Origin: Perna viridis
Lineage: Eukaryota
NCBI GenBank assembly: GCA_037379345.1
Contig: CM074516.1
Location: 20,770,001-20,834,000, forward strand
Reading direction: 5' to 3'
Length of the DNA: 64,000 bases
This document shows positions 1-13,695 of this stretch, piece after piece. A program made the translations under genes and the position numbers. Below the pieces are notes generated by a model that saw only the letters and a program-made list of their open reading frames with translations, was not told where the DNA came from and did no database searches. How positions within the stretch are numbered: position 1 is the stretch's first letter; each line of letters starts with the position of its first letter.

Positions 1-230
1 GGCTAGTTCAACCTGTCTTACCCAACATGGTTTTCTGGTCCCAAGGTGTGTTTTATTGGCTAGTTCAACCTGTCTTACCCACCATGGTTTTCTGGTCCAA
101 AGGTGTGTTTCATTGGCTAATCCTACCTGTCTTATACAACATATTTTGCTGGTTCACAGCGTGTTTGACTGGTTAGCTAAATATTTCTTGTAAACCAAAG
201 TTTTGTTTGACCAAAGGTGTGTTTATTTGG
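1..230. repeat. 57-bp tandem minisatellite, ~4 copies decaying rightwards, cut by window start
   Basis: Unit ggctagttcaacctgtcttacccaacatggttttctggtcccaaggtgtgttttatt at 1 and 58, with diverged copies at ~115 and ~172. Confidence 0.85.
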
Positions 231-3200
231 CAAAATCACCAATAAATTTTCCTTAATGAGTTATAAATAGAAAAAGTGAACAACTTTAATAATGGAGGAA
301 ATTTACTATCCACTCCTTGTTCATAAAACTGTCATAATTCTGTTTATTATTTTGGTTAAGTGAGATTAATATAACCTGACATACAATTGCTTCTTTAATT
401 TACAGTAAAGACATTGATGTGCTGTACAGAGTTCATGGTTTTCATGTTGTCTATAATTCCTTTGGGATTATCTGTCATGTTTTCAGGTCTGTGATGCTTC
501 ACACTGAGGACACACAGGGTTTTTAAGGTCAACTTGATAGAAAATTCCATTATCTTCTGTACTTTACTTGACTTTTTTTTTGGTAGTGAATCTTTTATGG
601 CATATGGCTGGATTGGCTCCTTGTGTCTGACCATGATTATTTTAAGGTTATGTTCTGATAAAGCTTAATTACTGATGCATTTCAGTTAAATTTTTGATAG
701 AATTAAAAAAAATTGACAAAAAGGTGGATTACCGCTAGCTATTTTGATGCATTTAATATCTTCTATGTTACGTTAATGCAGTGTTTGGTTAATATTATTA
801 GTCTGCAATGTGTACATATTGCCTAAAGTCAGTTACTTTTGTAGTTTTTAAATATATTTTTGCAACTAGGTATAAAGTGCAGATATTAGGCTATGCATTT
901 TTTAATTAAAAAAACCTTCGGTGCCAAATACTAATTAGCAACCATGATAACCATAATCATTTGTGACCCTTGATGTATAATCCTTTTATTTTCCTTCAGG
1001 CTGAATCAATTTTGAGCCAACTGCAGCAAAAAATTTCACATTAAAAGTGAAACACTTCCTTGATTTATGTTTCTAGTGGCAAAGATTGATGGCAGATTGG
1101 TTGAATGGAGCATAATCTTTGACATACCATTTCCTACTACAATGCTGATGCTAGAAAAGTTCTTCTGAAAAAAGGTTAGAAATGCCATAACAAATTAATG
1201 CATATATCTATCAAAACAAGGTCTGTATTAGAATATTGAGGATGACTGCATGTATTCATTGCACATGTATAATAATTGAAATTGCTGCATTTGAAATTCA
1301 TGGTCAGCTGTATGGGATATTGCCACTTGAATACAACCTGCTTGATTACAATTTGACCTTGCTGATGGAATTACTCCCCCTTATTTTTATTAAAATAAAC
1401 ACCAACATGTTGTGAATACATCTTATTTAAAGTCATTAATTCTTACATGCATAGTTTTAAGGATTGATTTTATTAAGTAGTGATGGATAGAGTATTCTAG
1501 AGAAATTATAGAATGTCACTGGATAACTGACTCCACAGTTGGACTGGTTTATGGCTATGAGTAGCTAGTTTAACCTGGTGCCATATATAGTTAGAAGTTT
1601 AATTAAAAACTGGAGAGTGCTGAAAGTTGAATATGATATTGGTCTGCTGGCCGAATGTCTCCTCATCTCCTTTTATGGAGACAGAAATTTGGATAGGTTT
1701 AGTGTCTTACCATGTGCTAATAGGGTTTCTCCCTTAACAAGTAGCTGTTAATGTATTTATAGTGACAAATTGGACGAGTGGAAACCAGATGAATTAATAT
1801 TATTATTAATACCATAAAATTAGAATCATATAAAATTGAAGAATGGCAATAATAAGTGCACAACTTTTATGTAAAATTTACAGTATATAATTCTTTTTGT
1901 TTGACAGTGACAAAGAACACTAAATAGCATTACTATGAATAAACTTAAGATCACAAAATGTTGTTTCTGACCTATCAAGCCTCACAAAATTTGCATGAGA
2001 CTCACTCACTTTGAAACTGATCTTGTGGCATTTTCCATTGATCTTTTATTTTTTCTCTTTGATCTGTCTAAATGTTGCCAAATCTCACACATTTGCCTCT
2101 TGAAAGCTTGACAGCCCAGTTATTTTATTTTCTCTTTTGTCCTCAATGACACACTTCCATTATTCATAGAACTCTACAAACCTCTTTGCACTTATTTTAC
2201 TTTGAAAAACTTACCGATGAAGATATGAGAACAATGTCAATAGCATGATTCAAAAGATGCCTGCCAGAGCCTTAGACTAAATTTGCTTAGAAATGAGGAC
2301 AGAAGATTATTCTGTTCTATGAACCAGGAATGTAATTATTGAAGGTTTAGATAGATAGGAAAAACATGAATGTCTTCTGGCACATTGGATCTGCTATTTC
2401 AATCAGTTGATGCACAATAATCTTACGGAATATTATTCTTCTATCTCGTACTTGAAGATATTGAAAGCAATTCTTCTTTAGATTCTTGACATTTTTCTTT
2501 GTGTTTCTATAAAAGCCATGGGTACACAAGATTACTGTTAACATGCATACACTACACATAGGGTGGACTTTATCCTTTCCACTTTTATGGTGGATGTGTG
2601 CATAATGAACCAACATTTTAATGGCCCTAGTGACCCGTCATTGTTAATTTAAAGTACTGTTTTACCTTTTTATCAGTTAAATGGCAATTGTACATCACAA
2701 AATTTTGAAATGTAAGTGTACTTTGAAAAGTGAAAAATACAATTGTACAACATCACAAAACTTTGAAATTGAAAAGTGACAAATGTAAAAATCAGATGAA
2801 CTGTTGTGTAATTTTATTGTTACTTTATTCCTTTCTTTTTTTTCTGCATTCATTAGTTTCTGTGCTATATTTGTCTCTCATTTAATTCACAATATTGTTT
2901 GCATAGTTTCTCTGCCTTTCTTAGCAAAATTAATTGTGAAACAATAAGTTATTAATGATACTGAATTAAGATTATGGTCTATTTTTTTTTTTTTGGGGGG
3001 GGGGGAGATTTTGATGAATAAAATCACTTACTACATGAAAGTGCATTGTGATTTGCTGACTTTAATAATGGTACTAATGATTTAATGAAGTCATTGAACA
3101 ATTAAATGATTTTGTGTGCTACATTTTTTTGTTGACTTGGAGTTCAGTATGATTGGAACTATTTTGCCATTTCCGCTACACTTAAAACAACCTTTGATGT

Positions 3201-4124
3201 AGAAAAAAGAAGTTCTTAAATTATTCAACAAGTTAATAGTGATCTGCAGATAAAAGTAGTTCCATTTATCTGGTTGTGCAAAATCTTTTAGTTGTTACTC
3301 ATTGAAATAAAAAAAACAGTACTCTTCCAATATTATTGGCATGAAGCATGAAAATAGGAGATAAGAAAAAAGTAATAGAAAAAAAAATCCCCCAGTTCAA
3401 CGATCATTTTAAAATCAGAGATAGATTGTTCTGCCTAGTGCTTATATGAATTTTTTTTCTTCTGAGTAAAGACTGAGTAAGATTAGATTTAAGTACTAGT
3501 GCAGGTCAGAGGTCAAGGTCATTTGAAAAGAAAAAGAGTAGAGCCATAAAGCCAGCTGATTTATGCCATTTTCATTTTTGTGGTTGAGCTTATATACTGG
3601 TTTTTTCTTCATTGATATTAATGTAAACTTAGATTGGTGTCACATATAGATCTTACATTAAATCTTCAGGCAAGCTGTTGCTTATATTACACTTCTACAA
3701 GAATGCACAACGACAAGTACATGTATTGCCTGATTAGTGTTCTTAACAATTTTTTTTTTTCAAAATAAGATGTTTGAATTTTTTATGAAGTAAGTTACAT
3801 ATACATAACTTAAATACACTATAAAATATAATGTTTGTAGTAGAAAATGGGTAATGTGAGATGGCCTGGCAGTTCATACATATATATAGGGACAACTGAT
3901 ATAAGAAATTTCTTGTCTGTCTGTCTGCTTATTGTTAAGCTGCTTTGAAATTATTGGTAACTGTATTTATTTTTTTACTGTATTTGTTGAGTTTAAGTGA
4001 TCTCCTTTGACTATATTATGAAAATTTGAAAAAAGTGCAGATTTTTCTTTTTAAATGCAGATATTCCCTAAGATACTCTCCCTTTTTCATCAGAGTTGAC
4101 CTTAGAGGGCAAAATGACAGATGT

Positions 4125-4290
4125 CTAGATAGAAGCTGGAACTGTCCACCTTTCTAAAGCACCTGACTTTTGCTCTTTAGGTTTTTGGTGGGATTTATGC
4201 TGCTATTTTTTTTCTCTGTGAACTTTTAGCACTTATTTGTTGTTCATTTCGTTCTTTGTTTGATGTCCTTTAGGTGTTTTCTGAGTTCTT
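4125..4290 (+). mobile_element. Highly degenerate Penelope-like 3' UTR domain
   Basis: gaagctggaactgtccacc...agcacctga...ggtttttggtggg resembles the core at 15860-15943 and is followed by a T-rich tract. Confidence 0.4.
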
Positions 4291-5483
4291 TGTTTTTGCT
4301 ATATCTTACAAAATAGTTCAGAGGTTGAGAGGTGAAAAGAGGAGAGGGTGGGGGGAGGGGGTACTCCTACAATGTAAGAGGTTGTAATTCTCTTTCTCCA
4401 TACTCCAATGGCACCAAGACAGAAAATGACATGCAATTTCTAGTATTTCAGGAGTAGATAGAATAGAGGAAAGGTGTCATTGTTGTAAATTACACACATT
4501 GTTTTTGTTAAGATTTTAAACTTCTATTCAGTTCAATATGCCAATATATGTCCTTAACTTAATTTTTTTTTTTTACTTAATAGTGTTTATAGCAGCAATA
4601 TCTTAAAAAAGAATGTGCCATTTTGAATGGTTTCATTTCATAACATAAACCATTAGTAAAGTAATTTGTAATTTAATTGTTCATTGCATCAATCCTGGGT
4701 TAAAAGTAAATTTGGAAGCAATACTGACTTTGAATGATTCTTTAATGCTGGAAACATTCATGAATTCAATATCTCTGATACCAGATTTTGAAATATGTCT
4801 AATTGCAGCCATAATTCTATTTATTACATAATGGTTCAAAATGAAGCATGAAAAATTTCCATGTATGGCCCAAAATAATTAATCTATTTCATTATCTCCG
4901 GTCCCATGACAGATCATGATATAAGTTTATTTTTGTCTAATGTAGATTTTATAGTCAATGGTCAAGCTTAATCAGGGATGGGAATGAATAAAGGAAAGCA
5001 TACAATTCTAATTGTAGATTGGGATGAATAAAAGGAAGCATATTGGATAGTTTTACTCTAAGTCTGGATGATAAATGGATTGAAGACTGTGGCGCTATGT
5101 GTATTGGATATACAGATTGATATCATGAAATTCAATTTGTAGAATAAGTAATTTGTCCTGGTTGTTTAAAGTTCAAGTCGAAAGGTTGTCTGTTTTGTCC
5201 AGACGTACATTTGTATTCTAAATTAAAAAGGATTTCAAGTATTCTTCAGGTTAAAGGGGTTTTATTTCCAATTTGTAAGAATTCATTTATATATATTTTC
5301 TATAAAGGCTAGTTCATGTGTACTCCTGATGAATATTGATTTACAATTTTCACCAGGTACTTGCAGCATTCTTGCAATTTGCTTGTTATGTCCTCATACT
5401 AAAAATATGATTTTACATTAAGATCCTGTGGTCAGTTTCATTGAAAATTGTTAGTGTATAATTAGATGTAAGTTATGTCAAAT

Positions 5484-5889
5484 TTAAGTACTATTCTGTG
5501 TAAGAATCAGGCAATTGGTGTCGCATCATATTTCTCAATTTGATCTATTTTACCTCAAATATATTCAATACATTTAGAAAACACCTGAAAAAACTGTGAA
5601 AAAGCTATTTAAATTTATCCTGAAGCATCTGTGACGTAGATATTTTTTTACTGCTTATATAAGGAAAAAGTGTGGAAAAAAATTCCCACCAATTTTCTAT
5701 GGTGCATTTCAACTAAATTTGACCTATCAATATCTTAAAAAGACAAATTTTATGAACACTTTGATGGTTATTTCTGGAGGTTATAGCATATGAATACTTG
5801 GTTAATGCAATAAAACCTCTGTGTATTTTTCCTTAATGTGCCACACTTTATACATATTTTGCCTGATTCTTAGACGGAGAAGTACTTAA
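5484..5889 (+). mobile_element. ~400-bp MITE, family A1 (TTAA-flanked)
   Basis: ttaa|gtactattctgtgtaagaatcaggcaa ... ttgcctgattcttagacggagaagtac|ttaa. Homologous copies at 34231-34619 (inverted) and 60786-61624. Confidence 0.85.
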
Positions 5890-6220
5890 ACAATTTCACA
5901 CTTGCATCATTTTGTGAAATTGACCACAGTTAATAAAAAAGTGTAAACATCCATTGTTTAACAATAAATCAAATCATACAATGTAATAAGGGGTTTGAAT
6001 AAGTGGTTGCCTGAGGTCTGGGACCCTTAATTTCCATCTTGAAATTTTATTGTCATTTGTCCTGAATCTTCAACATTCTGATATGTTTTAAGTTCCCCTT
6101 TAATTGAAACTTGTAGAAGTCTAGAACCATCCACTCTTGAGAGTAAATTTGACCCCTAGATATTCTTACGTTTATGAAAGTAAGGTAATAAATGTTCAAA
6201 ATTAAATTTTTAGATTTTTA

Positions 6221-6375
6221 AAAGAGTAATCAAGGAAACCAAGATTCTAGCAGAAACCAAAAGAATGCAATCCAGGGACAAAGACCAGACATGGAAAATA
6301 GATGCACACAACAAAGAACTTAAAACAATACATACAAAGTAACAAAAATAAATGAGCAATTCCAACTCCACAAAA
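6221..6375 (-). mobile_element. Penelope-like element, 3' end fragment
   Basis: Reverse complement of 15920-16070 (aaagagtaatcaagg...caaagaccagacatggaaaa...aatgagcaa). Confidence 0.85.
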
Positions 6376-8539
6376 GTGATGCATTGCAATGGAAAGGCAA
6401 TGCAGTTGACATTTTAATATAGCATTAGGAAAACAAAGATCAATATAAGAATCTTGATATGTGGGTGTTAAACCTTGGTGTCATGATTTAAAAAAAACTT
6501 ACATCGAAATTCTATGATAATTGTCAGACAGACGCTATGCTGAACAAATCAGGCAAATGTAACAAGTAATTTAAAATATAGCTGTGATGTTTTAAGTCTT
6601 ATCCTTCTCAAAAAAATAAAACGTTCATGTTTGAATGAATAAGAAAGTGGCATATTTCACCCATTGAAGTAGAACTGGAATCACTATCTGCTGGCTTAAA
6701 TGGATATTCCTTGTTATAACATTCACCTCTTTCATGATTCATCACATTCTTATCTTAGCTGATGTACGTAATGTCAAAAAAAAGTCGTCCTTCCTGAAAA
6801 TATCTATTTTTTTTCCTTACCGTATTTAACGGTCATTGAACAGTCGTGTCTGTGAACATGATGAATAGAAATGGTCCTGGACTATGAAATAGATCCTTTT
6901 TCTCGTTGTTTTATCTAAAAATAGATTTCCTCCAGACGTGGCTGATTAGCGGAAATCAAACAACTGATTTTTGTCCAATGAATTAATTTATAATCCTTCT
7001 TAATCACATGAAGCTTTCAGTACAGAAATGCTATCAATTATTTTTGTTGAGATCAGAAAGTTGTTTTTTTACCATGACAAAAAAGATGAAACATAGAGAA
7101 TTTTTGTCTTTGTCACTATCGTTTCTTTTTATCACATTTTTATTATTCGAAGGTTTGATTTTGAGGTTCTTTGTATGAATGAGGTCACACAGGGTTCAAA
7201 TATTTACTTTCAGGAGTGAACAGTCTTGAACCTTCCCTAGTTTCAAATTAATGGTCCATCTGAGGAAAATCACTAGTCCTCAATATTGTGTCATTGAAAA
7301 GGGTTGAAGGTCCAGGACCTACATGTAGGTAAATTAAATTTCAAAGGTCATAGGTCAGAAATTGAGGATTTAGGACCTTAGACCACCACTAAGTTGCATC
7401 CCTGGGTCACAAATGAGACCTGATTCTTAAAATGATTGATACATAATTCTGTTTCACTACTGTCCCTGTTTTTCCAAATTAAAATTCCACAGTTGTAAAT
7501 TCAAAAAGTCATCTGAAAATATTTCCTCAAAAATTCAATGTATTCATTCAAAATATGTCGATATTTAAAAGTAATTCCCATGTTCAACAATAGAAATGTG
7601 TCTTCAAAAACTTAAAAGAGAAAAGATGGAAAAAAGCATTTGTTTATTTTTACTGGAAGGCTTTAAGTATTTCCTGTCTAAACCTGTAAGAAAATCATTG
7701 GTCTTCAGATTAATTCTTTTAGTGAAATTCTAAAGCTTCTTGCGGGAGTAGCACATCTTTTTGTTCACTGTTTTAATTAGTTTTAAAAATCATTATTGCC
7801 CTTCCTTTTAAGTAATCTTAAGTATGATTAGGTCTTGTTGGCTTTGTCTCAGTAGTTTTAGGGGACTTGAATTAGATTATATTTTGAATGTAATGATCGT
7901 GATGAGTTCTTTCATTCCTGTAATACTTGTTCAAACTTCAAGTCACTGACAGATATTTCAAGCATTTCAATAAAGAGTGATATAACTTGCTTTACATGTT
8001 GTATAACTACAAAAGAGCAATTATTCATACCACAGATGTAGAAATTACTACCATTTTCCAAAGGGAAAATTCTTCCAAAGGGAGATAATTCAATTTAAGG
8101 TTTTACCGTTTAAGTCCTTTTGAAGAACCCAATACACATAAAGTGTTGGAACCCAATACAAATTACCAAGTTGTATTGAAAATTTGTCTTCTGTTAGAAT
8201 CCTTATTGATTCTTTCAGTAAATGATCTTTAATCTGTGGGTAATATTCTTTTGACGAATGTTTTCTTTGAAACAGATATATCTTACATTTCTGGTTTGCT
8301 GCAATAAGTTGTAATTAATACTGTTGAAACCAATTAATGGAGAGAAACAATTGAAATTGCATCTATACTTCCAATCTGCAGCTGTTTGCTTAAAGTATGA
8401 TATGAAAGACACAATTTTTATAGTGTTATTTGGTTCATCTCGAATAAACAGATTGATGATGTCCTATTTTTGTGTTTCTTGGTCAAGATTTAATGGTCCT
8501 CGTCTCAATGGCATTTTCAAGAGTGGATATGTTGAATAT

Positions 8540-8773
8540 CAGTGGTGGATCGGTGGGGGAGGGGGGGGGGAGCAGACCCCCTTTAGAAAATTGCAATTTT
8601 TTAAAAATTGTTAAGGATACCCTCAGAATGCTGGATTTTAGGTTTAATATTTCAAAACTTTCTTGGGGCCCACACCCCCCTTGCAAATTTGGACCAATTC
8701 ATGATTCTCATCAGTGATCCTGTCAAGAAATTTTTTTTGGGGCCCCTTACCCAAAACTTTGGATCCACCACTG
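8540..8773. mobile_element. MITE with CAG(T/G)GG(T/C)GGATCC-type TIRs and 5-bp TSD
   Basis: aatat|cagtggtggatc ... gatccaccactg|aatat, with internal G and C runs. Related copy at 55908-56069. Confidence 0.75.
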
Positions 8774-8784
8774 AATATGTCAAA

Positions 8785-9145
8785 TTGACAACAAACCCAC
8801 AATGTCAGTTCAAGGCCATTAATTGGTCTTTAATGCATGAATAGGGTACCCGCACACCACAGAGCAAACTGCTGCTGGCCTAAAAAAAAACATTATACAC
8901 ATGTACAGCAAAATAGTTGCCCTTATAGACTTCAGCAAGCTGAAAGTGAAAACGAAACAAGACATACAGAGACCAAAAATTCCTGACTTGGGACAGTGTG
9001 GCAGTGTGAAATTCCATTGGTGTGATCACAACTCTTCCCTCTTTTGCTACTCAGGCAGAAAATTTTAACACAATTAAACACACCTTAAAATAAGTTCAAA
9101 AGGATCTGAGTAGCTTGTTAAACAGAAAAACTGAACTGAACCCCT
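8785..9145 (-). mobile_element. SINE-like interspersed repeat (gtcccaagtcagg core)
   Basis: aattcctgacttgggaca and gatcacaactcttccctctttt are the reverse complement of the element at 35300-35880. Confidence 0.6.
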
Positions 9146-9176
9146 TAAGTATTGAGTGTTTGATTTCTTGAAGTGT

Positions 9177-9380
9177 TTAAGGAGGTAGACCTAGGGTAAG
9201 GGACATAACTCTTGAAATTTGTGGTATGTTTGCATCATATTCAATTTCATCAAAGCCTATCAAGCTTTCATTTGAAGCAGAATGAAATAAATCCAAGTTA
9301 CTTTGATGCTTAGATTTTTTTGATGTAAAATCTTTACACAAACGTTCCAATGATTTGTAAGCTTTATGTTCCTTACTAGT
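9177..9380 (+). mobile_element. ~212-bp MITE, family B (TTAA TSD, GG termini, Kolobok-like); right TIR decayed
   Basis: ttaa|ggaggtagacctagggtaagggacataactctt. Matches copies at 12218, 20547 and 28965. Confidence 0.85.
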
Positions 9381-9599
9381 ACAAATTACATTCAGACAGA
9401 TGTGAAACCAGGGAACTTAAAAAGTGTCTGGTTAAGACAGGTTTCCAATTAAATTCCACTCAGATTATGCAGGTTTAGCTGTACAATAGTATTTTCTGTC
9501 AACTCTCTAATTTTGATTTCATTCTTACTCCTTAGTAAATATAGTATTTTTTATGAAATTTTTTTCCCCATGCTTAACAAATACGGTCTTTAGATCAAT

Positions 9600-10405
9600 T
9601 TAACCTTTACAATTTTGGAACCGTATATACCAGTATATGGTCCGTGGCTGTTTTCAGATTTTTGAGTTCCAGCAATGTTGTTTTTGATTAGGAAACCACA
9701 ATTTAATCTTATTTGCAAGCAGAGTGAATGTGCTTTCAAATGAGACAATCTTGTATAGAGATTTATCAAAAATAGGGACTTATGACCAGAAGAAGTAATG
9801 AAATAGGGTGGCCTGAAAAAGTTTTTTTTAAGGGATCAGGCTAATTTCTCAGCCTCTAACCACAGCAGAATCAATCCATAGTACCATATTTCACCAGGAT
9901 TCTATATAATAATGATGTCTCTCATCACTCCCATGATGTCAGCCCAATATACTCACCACTTTCGATTTTAGGCCAATCTGTAGCCAAAAATCGCAAAAAA
10001 TCTCATTTTTTCCTGTGAGTAACCCTTCTGGGGACCCTTGACCTTCCACTTACCACTGTAATGAACTTTATTTGGGTTAAATGACCATCAAAGGGTACAA
10101 GCTTTGGGAAAATTGCACTTTGGACCCTGTCTTACCACTGGTGAGCCCCATATCTGGCGAAAATGACAAAAATCACCAAAAAATGACAATTTTCAGTTAT
10201 CAGACCCATTTTCCTGCACATGCCCACCGAGTCTCCCACCACCTCCTCATGCCATCCACTCCAACCTGTGATCACCTACCTTTAACTTATGTATAGCAGT
10301 CAACATTATCACCATGATGTAACTAATTTGCACATAATTTGCATGAATTTGCTTAATATTGAAATGTAGACATTTTTTTTTTAAATTCAGCATGGCAAGA
10401 GTTAA
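9600..10405. mobile_element. Possible TTAA-ended DNA transposon remnant(s)
   Basis: Starts ttaaccttt and ends gcaagagttaa; interior is more GC-rich than the flanks. TIR match is weak. Confidence 0.3.
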
Positions 10406-12217
10406 ATGTATTTTGAACCTTGGTTAACCTGTCTAAACCAATTTAAATTTGAAGTCCAAGAGGTTGTGTCACTGATATATTAACTGTGTTAAACTTCGTA
10501 AAACAGGAATTACAAAGACATATATGTAGCTCTCAACTCAAAAATGTAATGTATACTCGGCTAATACATGTAATATTTATGTGACGTTACAAAAAGTACA
10601 TAATTACGGCGCTTTGGAACGTTACAAAAATGAGTATGATTTACTTTAGTTACTGCCAGGTTGAGACAGGTTTCATTGAATCTTGTAGTACTTGTAGCAT
10701 CATTTTCATACAATGTAACATCCACAATATCTTCACAACTGCAAAAAAAATATTCTGATGAATTAATTTGTTTGACAGAATCTGCAAAAATTAATATGTC
10801 AACTGTATGCATTTGTGTTATTGCTGATTTTTACAAACTGCAGGAACAAAATCAACAGAATATTGTTTCATTTATCTTAATTTAGAACTGTAGTAATGGA
10901 AAAAAAGACAGGGTTATCAGATTTTCTTCTTGGTTGCTCCAAGCTCATTTTTCATATGCTATTGTAATGTGATTTTGAATGTTTTTAATCATAAAAGTTC
11001 CGAAATTCATTTTATCTAACATCCTTTTGGGCAATGTTCCATGAAAAATTCAATATTTTAGTATGGCCTTTATTTATTTTGTAATTTTTTCCATAATTCT
11101 TTTTGCCAAGGCTTTATAGAGGCTTTGAAGAGTATATAAAGAAATATGGCTGCAAGTCTCAGTGTAAATTATTTTTATTCATTTTCTTATTGTTTGCAGA
11201 CTTTGCTATTTTTAAGATGTTATTTTTATTCCACCACACAAACTTAGGAACTAAAATTTCATTACTATTTTACAAGTAGCTTATTATAGTTTTTTTTTTT
11301 GTTTTGTGTTCTTAAACTTGTTTTTTAATAGATTTTCCCAATTTTACTTTTAAATGGAGCTTAATGTCACTCTCGTTTATCATCCCTTGTGTCAAATCCA
11401 TTTGGCCCTAGTGTAATTAATCTTCTCCCATGATCTAACTGGCCATGATTCTTTAATTTAGAATGTCCAGTTAATTAAATAGAAACCAGTATCGAACCAA
11501 GCTTCCACTTCTTCAAGGCTTAAAATATTGGATTATTGAGGACTTCTTCTCTACTGTCAGATGTATTTTTTGTGGTCAATTTTATCCAAGTATTAATTGT
11601 AATAATGTCGTGTTTGTCTTTCAGATTTGACGTTTGTCAAGTATATAATTTCCTTGGACTTCATTATTTTATCAAGTATGCAGTTTCTTAGTCTAGGACG
11701 ATAAAAATTGTCGATTTGTATTATGTTAGACATAGATTTGATAGTAAAAAGTAATTTGGTGTGGTCATTAGGTAAAGAACAAGTGGGCGATGTTAACCAA
11801 TTAAATTTGTTCTTTCATCCTTGTAAAATAGTTTGGGCAATTGACCTTGGAGCACTGTGATATTGTCTGTGTTAGCTGAGTTTTTGTGATCTAGCTTTTA
11901 TTATTATTGTGAATTTATGACAGAAATCATGTTTGTATTTTTTACGTTCATCAGGAGAATGAAATGTCTCATTTCAAATTAGTCTTATGTGCAACAAGAA
12001 AATGTCTCATTGGCAGTCATACTACATGTCCTATTTTTATATCAGTTGAAGGCTCCTTGGTGTCTCAAGCAGTAGGACAAAAGAAATAAGACTTAGAAAA
12101 GAACAATGAACAGATGTGGTAAAACGCCAAAAAAATGCACCAGCATATAATTGCAATACATACAAGTCAATTCTTTCAAAGATCACCAAAATGTCTTCCG
12201 CAATTGTAAACACATCT

Positions 12218-12434
12218 TTAAGGAGGTAGATCTAGGGTAAGGTACACAACTCTTACAAATCATTCGAACATTTGTATTCACCATTTTACATTAATTTCAT
12301 GTAAGCATCAAAATAATTTTGATTTCATTTTGTTTCAAACAAAAGCTTGAAAGGCTTTGATGAAATTGAATATGATACAAACATATCACTGATTTCAAGA
12401 GTTATGTCCCTTACCCTAGGTCTACCCCCCTTAA
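12218..12434 (-). mobile_element. MITE family B, complete
   Basis: ttaa|ggaggtagatctagggtaagg ... ccttaccctaggtctacccccc|ttaa, with ~35-bp TIRs. Confidence 0.9.
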
Positions 12435-13003
12435 GTAAGCACTGAAAAGCCCTCAGCCCTGACAACAAAAGTAATAAAATACACAGTAACAGAATGATCA
12501 GTTGTCCAGTTAACTACACAAAGCAGTTCATCATTCAATCAAGGGAAGACCATCTCTCTCCCCTGAAGTTAACTGTTTCACTTCCTATAATATTTAAGAA
12601 AGAGTTATACCTAATTTATGTATCAACCACTGCTTTATGAGCATTGGTTTTTTTTCAGAACTTTTTTTCCACTCAGTATATTTAAGTGCATGCTCCTATC
12701 AGTAATGTATAACAATAATTTTTGCACCAATATCAATTAAATATAATTACAAGGTATGTTTTCATTTAAAAAGCGTAATGCTTCACCAATACATTTTCAT
12801 TATTAGTTATTAAGTAGTACTCCAGATAAGAATCATGCAGAATGTGATTCATGGTTGGAAAGCCTACATGTTTATATTTTTGATATTTTGTTTGAAATAT
12901 CATAGTAAACAGAAAGTAACATATGGCTTTTCATATAACCCTTGTTCATAGGAGATAAAAAGTATATAGAATATATGTAGGATTCAAAATTAAGGGAGAT
13001 AAC

Positions 13004-13537
13004 TGGTTGCGGAAGGTTGTCAAAGCCAAGGGGTGGTATTGGGAATGGGCTCTCAATTTCTTTCTAAATGCTCCTTCCGGCGTGCGTCTCAAACAACCTC
13101 TGACAACTAAAGTCCAACTCCAACCATCACATTTACCAACTGGTGGACCTGGTCCGGCTGTTTCGACTGACTGGAGAAGGGGCGAAGGTGAATCACTGGT
13201 GCATTAAAACCAGATAGCCTCGGGTAGATGGGGCTCGTGAACCTTGGAGGGTAGCCCATCTAGGAGAAGGAAAACTCTGATCTAAAACCTCCGCTGCCTT
13301 GCAGCTACACCCTTCAAGAGGGAATAGCTTCAGGAGACAACTTCAAGGAAAATCCAGAACCAGGAATCTGTAACTTCCTTCCTGTACTTCCAGGATCAGA
13401 ACTTTTGTTCAGAAGCTAAGGGTGAGGTAACCCTGACAGAAAACCTAGAGTGCTGAAGACGGAGGTGTTGGGTGATACAGCGCACTCGAACAGACCACAA
13501 CACCACCCACAAACAACCAGCGAACGACAAGAAGAAG
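13004..13537 (+). mobile_element. Non-autonomous RTE-derived retroposon (5' UTR-like part plus AAG tail, no ORF)
   Basis: Perfect 12-bp TSD aagggagataac (12992-13003 and 13538-13549), (AAG)n 3' tail, RTE 5'UTR-type motif ctaggagaaggaaaactctgatctaaaacctccgctgcc, and GC/CpG content above the flanks. Confidence 0.8.
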
Positions 13538-13629
13538 AAGGGAGATAACCAAAATACCATAAAAACTATTGGACTTGCCATGTTAATTATCTCCTTAGAG
13601 CAGACAGAATGGAATTATACATTCATCAT

Positions 13630-13695
13630 ATAGACCTTTTTTTTAGGTGTATCACATTTTACAGAATTTGCATGATTCTTACAAAGACTACTACT
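13630..13695 (-). mobile_element. MITE family A2 terminal fragment
   Basis: ttaggtgtatcacatttt...tttgcatgattcttacaaagac is the reverse complement of the start of the 39101 copy. Confidence 0.7.

Noticed and set aside
395-634. 79-aa minus-strand ORF and the other 60-120-aa ORFs in the track
   Set aside because: No recognisable domains, AT-rich low-complexity codon content, many non-ATG starts, and no supporting splice structure.
1000-1174. Possible exon after ttttccttcag
   Set aside because: Good acceptor but weak donor, stops in the frames checked, and intron-like composition.
13007-13581. ORFs in the GC-rich block
   Set aside because: They lie inside the TSD-bounded non-coding retroposon and have no RT or endonuclease motifs.
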